A stretch of DNA of 64,000 nucleotides from Oopsacas minuta (lineage: Eukaryota; Animalia; Porifera), in contig JAKMXF010000011.1 in assembly GCA_024704765.1 (NCBI GenBank), positions 289,863 through 353,862 of the forward strand, written 5' to 3'. A model generated the notes under the pieces. That model did no database searches, was not told the origin of the DNA, and worked only from the letters and a program-made list of their open reading frames with translations. Position 1 is the stretch's first letter. Each line of letters starts with the position of its first letter. The position numbers and the translations under genes were made by a program. Positions 23,886 to 35,591 of this stretch are shown piece by piece.

Positions 23886-26800
23886 GCAATTTTGTCTCGT
23901 GCATGATTTATGAAACATCCTGTTCATGTGATCGTGATGTGATTGTTACCTACAAACAATTTAAATTTGAGACTAAGGAACTGAAGTATACCTTCTCATT
24001 GATACGTAATTACGGGATTCGAATATATACAATTTCGTACATCTCTAAACGTTAGGAACACTGAAGAAATTTGTGAAAATGAAACTATTCTGTTAAATGA
24101 ATTTATTTTTTCCTACGGTTAATTGGATATAGCGGCGGTTAACCGGCTAACCCATTAACGAATACAGCCCTATATCAGCTCTATACTTCAGGAGTTAAAA
24201 TATACACTTAAATGACCAAAAAAGAAGTTCATAATATAGGCTTCCATTATAGGCGAACCTGACAGTATTTGTTGAAAATTATTTAATTGTTAATTAACAC
24301 GGTAGAATTCAGATATACTATGCAGGGTGTCGGACGTGGGGAAGTTAGAGCGGCCATGGCAGCCTCACATTTTCTGAGCGTGCGAAGATGCAGACCGTAC
24401 AGGCGGGATTTGAATTTATACGGTAAAACCGCAACCACCCTAAGATAGGGTCCTGTTGAAATTTCACTTATCATAAAGGCAAAATATATTAGTATATGGC
24501 TACAGCACAAGTGCCGATGAGCAATAAGCCTTAAGAAAACCCTGCGAGAGTATTAAATTAGAGAGATTGAAACATTCATGGGATGGCCCTTGAACAACAT
24601 AAAATTAAGACTGGAAAAACACAATTATTTTCCCATCAGGGAAACTAAGAAATGCATTGTAGTTAATGCAAAGTCAATAACGTGTGATATTAGCAAATAT
24701 TCTGAAGCTATCACCAAGTTTACCAATATGTGAAGAATCACAAATTCCACATCTAGGAAATATTTTCAGGTCGAAAAGACGTAATGTTATCGCCTAATAG
24801 GCTGTTATTTTGCAAAAGTGCTAAGGGTATAAAAAGCAAAATATCGAGCTTTTCATTTCATGTTCAATTAGAAAATATTCGAAATATAATTTTATATAAA
24901 TATCGTAAAATTGGGTATGTGTTCTAGTCCTTGAGTGACAGCTGAACCCATGGATTGCAATTTAATGTTAACTTCTTATCGAGATAGCTAAACTATAACA
25001 CATACCCAATTTCCCATACCCTGATAATATATTTTGATATGACATCCCGTACCATCGTGACGTAATCTTGAATATACCCATATATGGACATTTTCAAGAT
25101 TGAGCAATTATCATCAGAGATATCACATCAAAAAGTTATATAAGGGCTTGGGAAGTTGGGTATGTATAATAAAATGGCTATACATGGGCATATCCAGGAT
25201 CTATATATTACCATAATTGTAAAGAATATGGAGTTAAAAGTGAATATTGACACAGAAGCGAAAACCATGGTTTCAGCTGTCATTCAAGACTAATCAACTA
25301 TGTAATAACAATTTTGTGATATTTTGTATAAATTCTATTTCGAATATTTCATAATTGAGCTTTGAAGTCAAAACTCAAAATTTGCGTTTTATAGCCTTCC
25401 TATTTTTCCAACAAATCATCCTAGTAGGCGCTAACATGACGTCTTCCGATTCAAAATATTTTCTAAATGTGGCATGTGTGATTCATCACATCATATTTGT
25501 TAAACTTGATGGTAGCTTCAGTATATTTGCTAATATACTGAAGCACGAATTGTTTACTTTGAATTAACTACAATGCACTTCTTATGTATCCCTGGTCCAG
25601 AATATAATTGTAGTTTCCAGTCCATATATTACGTGGTTCACGGATGACCCAATGAATAATTATTCCTGGGATGCACCCTATAATGCAGCAGTCCACTATA
25701 AATATGAAACAAGTCACCTATAGCAATTTTGGGGTAAAAGTCTATTTATAGAGTAAAAAAGCGTCTACAAAACAAAGTAGATACATGTTAATGTGATTTT
25801 AGGACAAATAAAGGAATGAGTATGGAATTATGATTATTGATGCTGCACCATCTCTTCAGTTATTATATCGAAAATATATTCACATTGATAAGCTAACGTA
25901 AACAACATGACTAAAATATGGTGGGAATGAGATGAAATAAAATCATAAAAATACTATATGTTCTAGAATTTAAAAATTCAGATAATAAAAAATTACTTCG
26001 TCACGTTTTATTACCTACCAATGAGATCTTATAGAGAATTTTATCAAGTTATTATTGAATAAATGTATTTTACACCCAGAATAGGTCAAAGTGGTCCAAA
26101 ACTAATGAGTGTTACAAAATATGATACTAATTCACGTAAACAGGGCAGTAGCAACAGCTTTCCATTTGTCAGGTTAACCTATACAAATGTATGAGGCCAC
26201 CAAAAATTGATCCGGGAAACTTTTTCGATTTGTAATAGCAGACAAAATGATGGTCCATTTGAAACCTGACCAAACAGACAGTCTCCTACAACCATGTAAA
26301 GTGAGGCCGATAAAATGAGGTGATTCTAAACAACGAGTAGAATGCGTTAATTATTCTAGAATCAAACTTAGTATCAATTTGAAACAAGTACTAACATGAA
26401 AAATTACTCTGTTACTGCTGATTTGCCAACTCTGCTCTAGTTACAACGCCACCGACCACATGTTGCTAGTCAATTAAGTAAAGATGGTAGAAGATATAGT
26501 TATAACAAACAAAGTGGCATTAGTCCGCTAACACAAAGGGGGAGGGCAAACATAACTATATTTTTATAATTTTGCAATCAAATAAGCCAATTACCTATAA
26601 TACCTCCATATTCAATCAGAAATATTATGTTTTTCAATCTAGAATTGGTGGTGCTGTATGGTGCTGTCGAATAGATACTTAGCCTCGTACTACTTTGCCC
26701 GGCCGCATTGAGAGCCCGGATTGGGATAGGCGAAAGTGGATCTGAACGGGGCTTCCAAAATGCCCTACACCTCTAACTCCTTAATTAAAGACAGCATTAA

Positions 26801-27484
26801 AACTGAAATTTTATGAATAGAAAGTTGCAACTTGCTGAAACACTGGTAGCAACATTTGATAAGAACGAAATAATGTATAAACATGCCATTTCCAGTCAAT
26901 TATTATCTTCAAACCATATATGTCATTTCAACAACATGTGATAATTGAAGACTAATCTATTAAGTACAAGGTTTAAAACTGATGGCACTACGCCCGATCA
27001 TCCCAAATTTGCTATTATGCAATCAATCAAACAAACAAAAAATACTTACTTCGAACTTCGTTGTCAATATGTATATATTCAATTCCGATATTGTTGCAAT
27101 AAATATTTTTTAGTCTGAAGACAATTTCTTTCAATGTTAAAGCGCTATCTTCACCACCAATATATGTGTTTCCAGGAAGATAAAAAGAACGATCAAGATC
27201 ATGATCAGTAAATCCATAATAATGTAATTCAAGTTCTGGAAGGTTGGGTTGGAAAGGCTGTTGAAGGCGTAGTGGATCAAGATTAGAAACAAAGTGACCA
27301 GAAGACTAAAACAATCAAAGCACAAACATTTAAGAATTTCAACGAGATTAATTATTCACGAATATTTTAAACTGAACTTCATTCATATGCAAACGAAATG
27401 AAAATCACAAAAAATACCAATGGAACTACGTATTGGTAAATAAGTATTCTGAAAGATAAATATAAAATCTGTTTAATACAGCTA

Positions 27485-27720
27485 TTAATGAAGATGTATT
27501 ACGTATAATACGTATCATACGTTCAACGTAACTTCTATTAAGCAAATTTATACAACATATGCATGAAAACAGTAGTTCTCGAATTATTAACAAGAAATCT
27601 CAGCATAGTTGATCAATATATACAATACTTGAGAAGAAAGTGATGTCTAAATGTCAAATGTCAAAATTTTCTATTCTGAGATTAACCCAGACGTATAATC
27701 GGTTCAAATAGATCATGTCA
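27485..27720 (+). repeat. Dispersed repeat family, copy A (unclassified)
   Basis: Shares TTAATGAAGAxGTATTACGTATAATACGTA and AATGTCAAAAT...GAGATTAACCxAGACGT...CAAATAGATCA with 55587-55845; a partial third copy lies near 33490-33540. Confidence 0.6.
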
Positions 27721-27929
27721 GAGCCTACTATACATAAGACCATATTCTAAGGAATATATTCGTTATCAGGTATTTGGGTAATGCATCGGCTTGTTAAAAA
27801 CTTTTTCGTTGTTATCAACTCATAATTGGTAATTATTACATATTAATTTTTACTAACCCAGAAATGGTAAATATTCTACTGAATATATTTTACTGAGGGA
27901 TACGTAATGTATTTGTGCACTTTCAGTGC

Positions 27930-29310
27930 CCAGTGGCTGTTCTACCCCTGGTTGTAGAATCAACTATGACAATTAGGAGCAATACAGGCATGTAAATGCA
28001 AAGAAACAGGATATACACAGACACTCTTGGCTCAGGGCTCTACTCCGGAAAGACATTGGTGATAGCAAGATAGTCTACCTGTGTTCCAAGCTTTCAGGTA
28101 GGGAAACATTGAGCATACACATAGACAAATGGCCCCATGAAGATGGCATTTATCGAAGAGACCCTCGGCTGAAAGAAGGTGCGTACAGTCTATTCTAGCT
28201 GGATGCCAGTTTACTATACCACACAGTCTACCACTAAGCGTATGAGCTCAGTCTCATGTCAACCAGAAGAGAAGGAAAATTGCTGATTAGCAGTTCCCAG
28301 GATATAAAGCTAAGATACAATTCCTAAAGAATTCGCAATACAAGCCAAAAATAATCCAGAACCAAGTCATTGACTCAGTAGCAGTGTATATCCGAAAAGA
28401 AAAACTTGAAGCCTGCTATTTGGCAACAACTTCTATACACTCATGGCTGATGAAGGTATAGACCCTAATAACGTTCAAAAGATTCCATAAGTATGCTGAG
28501 GTTACTTAACGATAACGAAATCAAAGAATTTTCTTTGATTTGGTGTATCTTGAGAGGCCAAATGGGGAAACAATAGCTGATGCAATTATCGAAAGCCTCA
28601 AACATAACCACATCGATACACTAAAACATGGGGTCAAAGTTATGATGGTTCCGGCCTGCATGTATTCAGATAAATGTGGGGTATAAGCCAGGACAAGACA
28701 AGTATCCCCATGTACTGTGTATGTACATGGCAACAGTCATGTACTCAATCTAAGCATCGCCAGTGGATGTAAACTGCCTGTCACCAGGAACATGATTGGT
28801 CCTACTAACAGTTTTTTCCTATTCTTCGATAAGTCTCCCAAAGCAGCTATTTCTTCAAAGAATAGTTAAGATTTTAGTACCTACATGGTATGGTACAGCA
28901 AGGTGGGTGGAGCGGTATACTTGTTTTGATACCTTCCATACTATGTATGCGTCATTATGTAAATGTCTGACGCAATACTGGATCCATCTAGCTATCCACA
29001 AATTTATGAGGATACTTGGAGTGGTAATTGAAACAAAGACACAAGATCTAAGGCACGAGGGCTTTAGTCCAATCTGAAGACATCAGCTACTATTATCGCA
29101 TGAAATTGCGAAGAATGTCGGAGATCATCAAGCACATTGCTTCCAAGCTGCAGAAGAGAGACCGGGATATCTATCAGGCATATGGCATGATCAACCTGGT
29201 AAAAGATCGAATCACTAGTTTGAGGCAAGAAGTTTAATCTTAGACGGTCGAAAATCGATCTACAGCTATCCTGCCACATAGTAGGTGTAATATTGTGCAG
29301 TTGTACCAAA
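27930..29310 (+). pseudogene. hAT transposase relic (ZMYM1/PRKRIR-like group)
   Basis: GQSYDG, YVHGNSHVLNL (CxxH region), FF..SPK and TARWVER, with many stops; a possible 3' end GGATACGCCACTG at 29603. Confidence 0.75.
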
Positions 29311-32129
29311 GTTGTTTAGATATTTAGGTGTTAGATAACATGATAATTTTGTTACATAATTCTATCTATACAATTTAGTGAATACAAATTTAGTCTGCTA
29401 ATAAATTCGTCATCTTGAGGCTTCCGGGATTTCGTATGGAAACTAGTTGAAAAGAATTGTGAAAATTGGATAGCATTCTGTAAATAAGATTCCAATAAGC
29501 TCGGCGCTTATTAACAAAATCGAATTATAAATAACAAATTCCATTTTGAAATAGGTGATCAGGGGGTGTTTGAACAAACAAATCTCCCCTGGATACGCCA
29601 CTGACCTAACTTCATAGCAGGATGGGAGAAAATAAACCATTAACTATAGAAAGTATTTACGAACTATTTCAAAATGGACCCCTCTTTTGAGATTCAAGGA
29701 CCGCCTATGCGTCAGGGTATCATTGTTCGTCTTTTCCTCATTTTGATACTTTAGCGAAATTGCATTCGTCAATTGGACTCGAAAGTGAATTTTCTTATTC
29801 CTAGACATAGTGATTTTGGAACATATTAGAGTGAAAATTCATTCTCAACAATTCAATGAATATTAAGTGTTAGTGGGTTAGACATTAGTGAATGATATTA
29901 TTCCAACCTATATTGGTATTCCAGTGGAATTTTAATTCGATTATTGGATGAAAAGAATGATATTTTCTAGAATTGAAATTACAAAGTATATAGAATATTT
30001 ACTAAAAAATCATGGGTTACAAAATATTTTTATCAAACGACTTAATGAATTTGTTGGGACTTCGACTGAAATTACTCAAAGTTGCTTCTAAATGGCTCCT
30101 GAACATAAGCATTGAGGGTCGCAATCACTTTTCACTATCAATAACCTATATAATGATCACTTGATGAGAGTACCTTGGACTAAGACAACAAGAGTTTTCA
30201 GGGTTGCAGTGGGTAAAGAATTTCAATTCTCATTCCCAGAGGATTTCTGTAGGAATTCTTATAGGTTTTCCCATAGGGGGATTCTCATGGATATTCCAAT
30301 TTAGGAAATGGCAAGGTTGCAACCGAATAGTTCAAAATTTATTTTAACCCAAAGTATTCTTCAAATAGGTCAATATGGGCTGGCTCCCAAATATTAGTGT
30401 TCAGAATTCGGTTAGCAAACAAATACATTCGGTTGAGCAATATATTCCATACTTACCAAGCCTCAAGTAACCTCTGGATAATCCCTGATATACAAGAAAT
30501 CCATGGACTTATTCCAAAATACAGGGAAAATATAATAAGGGATTGGAAAGTATGACATTTGAGATAATAAATTTAGTAAACAGATTATTCGGTTGATCAG
30601 CTATTTGTCGGAACAACAATTTGGTAGGAGCGGTTTCAAACTTGGGGATCCATTTTAATGGCAAGACTGAAAAAAAGAAATCATCCAATTCAAGAGAATA
30701 CACCTGCTATAGGTTCTCCCATATGGATTTTCCATAGGTTTACCCACAACAAGCAAACGATTCCCATATCCATAGCAACCCTGACAATTTGTGTGCTCTA
30801 CTCTACCCAACCGTTTTCCTCTGAAGCAGACATACAGTAGGTCTCGTTAATCGGAACACGGTTAAGGACTAACTCATGATCAGGAGTACGAATTTTGCCT
30901 AGTGTAGATATTCACGAGAGTCTACTGCAAGGGTGCTCAAACAGTGGCCCGCGAGGCCATTCGCTTTCGCCTGCGGATAATTTTCTTGATTTCATTATTC
31001 ATTATTCATATATATATATATATACACAGTAGATTAACGTGCCTCAATAGTCAGATAATAATTGTTATTTCTAAATACCATATAGAAATTATTATAGAAC
31101 TCAACAAATGCATCAGTACTCCTAGTATAAATACAGTATTTGGTAACTATAGTTTGAATGTACAAATTCCATCAATTATTAGAGCTTCACAAGTATAACG
31201 TAGGTCGTAGGATATTGATTTATTAATGAAACCCTACCCAATCGCTAATAATGTAATTTATCAAAGATAATCATAATTCATTTTACACGAATTTACGAAG
31301 TAATTATCAAAACCTCTCCAATATCCTTTCGCAATTGTAAAATATAAAATGTTAACATACTCAAATCTCGGTAGAAACAAATCAACTGAAGTATATTGCT
31401 TCTATTCTGGCTGTGCAATATTTATTTTATCGAATTTTCTCATTAAAGGAAAGGGAAATTGATAGCTCGATCGCTGCTAATGTTGTAATGAAATTTGAAG
31501 TATAAATAAACAAGAAAGGCCTATTTATATATTGATGATTTTGGCGTGGAATAGTACAAAAATAGCACAATAAATGTAAGTCTAAATGTGGCGTCCTAGA
31601 TATACTTTCCCTATATATACCATATGTTTGCTAGATATTGGCCATAACATAAATGTTATCTAGTTATAGGTGAATATTAGCAGTGCATCCAGGGTCAGCA
31701 CTATAACTCTGGAACCTGAGAACTTTATTAGTACAACTTTTTGATATTTTAATGAAACATTCTTGGTTCAATTGGAGTTAATTCTAGATTCTGCGAAGCG
31801 ATATTTATCATTTGACAGAGCTTGAAAAATGGCGCATTTCACAATATATGCCCATTTTAGCCAATCAGATGAAGTCATTTCGACATGGGACTCGTCGGAT
31901 GACATAGCTTGTGTTAATTATTAGCTAACAATAATACATTTATTCGGGCCAAAAGCGCCAATTTTGTTATTATCATGAATAATATTATTGCCTATCAAAT
32001 TTATGGACTTCAAGTAATCCATTGTTTCAAATAGTAGTACGGCTCTATAAAACGAAGGTCACGGCTATGGTTATCAATTTTGCTCTAGCTCTTATAGATT
32101 ATTACTTAGCTGACAGAGATCAGAAAGTA

Positions 32130-32860
32130 GGATTAATTTAATTCTCTCAAATTCTAATGCGGTTACAATAATTATTCCACAAGGCTCTATTATAGGTCTA
32201 CCCTTTACAATTATTTTTGTAAATGATATAATCTTTGTAGTGTAGGCATATTTGCAACCTCTCGCGAATGTTTTTTTGGAATGAATTGTTGTCCTTTTGA
32301 AGAGCTTATGCCATGCTGAACTAAACAAATATGTTCACAAATTTTCATTTTTGTGAAATATACGGATAGAGATGGCAGAGAGGTAGTACACAATTTGTGG
32401 CTCGGGTAGAGATATTGACCCGGTTGTTGAATGTGCACATGTGCTGATCCCAGTCAAAGCCATCTTCCCTACCAGAGGACACAGTGAACCACAGTTTTAC
32501 TCTTTAGACATTGGGGAATGAACGAATATCTAAGAATATTTCGCAATTTTGATTGTGCTACCTAGAGTGGCACAAATCTGCTTGCACATGAAATGACTTT
32601 TAGAGATATCAGTACCTTTGCATATTCAAGAAACGGGTCCATTATCTCTACCGGTGCCACAAATTGTACCTGCCCTTCTGCCTTATCCCTCTTTATAATT
32701 GCCCAAAATATTTTTTTCAGTTTCCTCATAACATAAGTTTCCACAAGGGTATATATCACTCCCTTCTTCCAAAGATTTCGCAAAATCCTAATTTTGCTTC
32801 ATTTCCGCTCACACTTTTGTTCATAAAACGAGAATTTTTTGCAGGTGATCCACCTATATA
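32130..32860 (-). pseudogene. Possible relic of a RAG1-like N-terminal (non-core) region
   Basis: Across frameshifts: FCEIFG, KKIFWAIIKRD then TICGT, H..NCGSLC, SHKLCTT, H..GCKY, KGRP, in the order of the RAG1 CND, RING, ZnA and NBD. Heavily decayed. Confidence 0.3.
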
Positions 32861-34113
32861 TCATCGTGGATACAGATTTTAAGTAATTTTCAAACTATTG
32901 CACCATATTCTAAAATGTATGAATCACTGTAATAATGTAACCAATTTGTGTATCGATATGCTCAAATCAAAATGAACGCTAATTCCAATGCCAAAAACTC
33001 ATATATCAAACAATCAAATCCATTGGTACGAATTTTGTTTACGTATCCATGGAAATTGTTAAATCTGATGAAGTCGTTGGGATCATTGTGGGTAACAAGA
33101 CGAGTTGATTCCATGTACTTGTTAAGAGATACTCTCTTATAGGAATAAGAGTATCTCTTAACAATTTCTTTCATTTTACCTCACTTTGTTGTTTCTGTTC
33201 AGTTTAGGGTGGTGTTCAGACCATTGAAGCTGCAAGAGAGATGTGATAGATACGTTACCGTGTAGTGAAGCCTACCACTGCTCACGATTTTGAATATTCT
33301 CAGGCTGAGAGCCCTAATACATATAATTGTAAATGATAATTATTGGATTATTCCATTGAATTTATAGAGCTTTATCAAAGATACGGTGAGCCAGTGGAGG
33401 TAGGCTAAAGAGACCCATTCGGTAGCTGAGCTGTAGGTTACTGTATGCTGAATTAGGCCGTATTAGTATTTATTCATTCTCATTAATTACATGAAAACAG
33501 TAGTTCTATGGTTTTTTATGAGAAATACCAGCATTAATCAATGAATTATTTAATGTCTGATCCTTTTTAAATTATGTGAAATTGTCATATGTATTTAACC
33601 GTAAGTATATTTTATGACATATTAGTTGAGTAAACGACCAGTGGCATCATCTCGCCTTTGAAATAGTTTTGACTGCATATGTTCTTATGTTTACGACAAT
33701 TTTCCTATATTTATTACCTAGCCACAGCTAGCTAACTAATTGTAAAGACTGCGCAAATTTAAATGAATATTTATTTATAGCACAAAGCTACGGAGTCGAA
33801 GTATGTTAGAGCAATTCTGATCTGATATATCCCAAATTATTACACAAAAATATTAGGGGCAATCCCCGATCCTCTTGGGTAATTATCATATGAATTTATA
33901 TGTACTTGCCTAGGAATTTGGTATTGAAATTTGGAAGTTAATGTAATTTCAAAATTAATTTTGAAACTGAAATTGGGATTTTTGTTTATTTGTACTAAAT
34001 AGTAAATACCCCATAACTATTTTTGGTTAATATTTCTCCGACTTGTGGCAGAGTGGCCACTTCACTGGAATATTAAATCCCACAACTGATACATTGTAAA
34101 TTCTTTTGCGTAT

Positions 34114-34256
34114 TGTGACGACTAGCAAAGTACTAGAACAACCATAACAGATTAACATTTAGTCTAGTATAGTAGATTACTCGCAGTTTTATTCAGTCAT
34201 AGTTTGACTTATTTGTATTTCTATTATAGCTAATATATTTCCAAGCTTGTATCACA
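34114..34256 (+). repeat. 5' LTR (143 bp)
   Basis: TGTGACG...ATCACA; 4 substitutions relative to the 3' LTR. Confidence 0.97.
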
Positions 34257-34257
34257 T

Positions 34258-34268
34258 AAATACAAATA
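34258..34268 (+). promoter_or_regulatory. Putative self-priming primer-binding site
   Basis: AAATACAAATA is the exact reverse complement of LTR bases 34210-34220; there is no TGG-initiated tRNA PBS next to the LTR. Confidence 0.65.
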
Positions 34269-34283
34269 GTCACGCTTTCCAGA

Positions 34284-35135
34284 ATGGCGACACCTCTGAA
34301 CATTTCGATCCCGCCGTTGAAACCTGATGAAAGAGTCGAGGATTGGCAATCTTTGTTTGTGGCAGCTACGAGCTCATTAGCAGCGCACGCTGGGGAGAAA
34401 GCAGCAATACTAATCTTCCCATCCTATGTCTGCAGGAATGAGTACGAAAGGGAAATTGCACTAATCGCTATTCAAGAGGAATCGATTGAGGCTGCGTTCA
34501 AGATTTTATGCAATACCTTGGACTCTCCTATTGACGAATATGAGGCTACCGCACGATTCCGCAGTAAGGTCTGGGCGCGAGGCATGCGAATAGAAGTGTT
34601 CTTTACCCAACTTTGGAAGGAAGCAAAACGAGCTGGATTTCTAAATAGGCAAGTTGCTGTAGTGTTAATAACGCAACTCCCTGGAAAGGCGCAGGCTGCC
34701 CTGAAGAAGTGGGTTCAAGAACGTAAAGAGGATCTTGTATCTGGTCAAATGCGGGAGTTCATTGGGCTAGTTCAGCAGAACTTACGCCAGGCTGAAGTAC
34801 CATTAGATTATGGGGCACGTGAGGGACCAAGCAATTCATGTAAGGTCATTAATCAAGGAAAAACTGACATATTATGCTCAAGTGATTCTGAATACGAAGA
34901 AAAGCCGCCCACGGTCTACAAGGTACGAACCTTCGGAACGAGTAGTCGACAGGGGCGTTTCCCCAACTCAAGAAGGGTTCCAAAAGGCTTGGTGTGCTAC
35001 ACTTGTGGAAAACATGGCCACGGATATCGTATGTGCCTGGATCGAGTGTGCAGCGGATGCCATGCCAAAGGCCACGACGTGGTAGATTGCAGACTAGCAC
35101 GACGTGACAGCTACCAGATAAAAGAACTGGTGTGA
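34284..35135 (+). CDS. gag: Gag, 283 aa, with two CCHC zinc knuckles
   Basis: CYTCGKHGHGYRMC and CSGCHAKGHDVVDC; open frame directly after the LTR/PBS. Confidence 0.9.
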   Translation: MATPLNISIPPLKPDERVEDWQSLFVAATSSLAAHAGEKAAILIFPSYVCRNEYEREIALIAIQEESIEAAFKILCNTLDSPIDEYEATARFRSKVWARGMRIEVFFTQLWKEAKRAGFLNRQVAVVLITQLPGKAQAALKKWVQERKEDLVSGQMREFIGLVQQNLRQAEVPLDYGAREGPSNSCKVINQGKTDILCSSDSEYEEKPPTVYKVRTFGTSSRQGRFPNSRRVPKGLVCYTCGKHGHGYRMCLDRVCSGCHAKGHDVVDCRLARRDSYQIKELV

Positions 35136-35591
35136 GAGATTACATCAAGTTAGTTGATCAAATCGGTCCATATGACGATAAATCGGCGTCTATTTCTGTC
35201 AGAGTGTACGGTCTGCCAATTCTCGCTTTGTTGGATACTGGAGCCAAAGTTAATGTGGTGGACAGGCAGACAGTGGAGTACCTAGGACTAGGGCAGTTAA
35301 TCAAACCGGAGATAGGACACGTGTACGGTGTATGTGGAACCCCCGTATCAGTGGTAGGGAGCATTGAGATCCCTATAGAAGTGAACGGAGAGGAGGCCGG
35401 AAAGACGCACGTACAGGTGTTGGATGGTGAGGGACAGGCACTACTGCTAGGCCGCCAGTTCTTCAGACGTTTCGGGCGGGTTGAATTTGATTGGAACAAA
35501 GGAACCATCACGCTAGGGAACGTAAAAGCGACAATACAGGAGACTGCTGTAGGAGGAACTCCAATAGCAAGGGCTCGTACTGTACGGATAA
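35108..35591 (+). pseudogene. pol: pol 5' part: aspartic protease (-1 frame relative to gag), interrupted by Chapaev3
   Basis: ALLDTGA and LLLGRQF motifs; the frame continues at 38314 after removing the insertion. Confidence 0.88.

Noticed and set aside
27137-27325. Hydrophobic short ORF as a membrane-protein exon
   Set aside because: No ATG start, no convincing splice context or family motif; such ORFs are expected in AT-rich DNA.
32483-32489. Isolated CACAGTG as a cryptic RSS or TIR
   Set aside because: No 13-nt block, partner end or TSD; compatible with chance.
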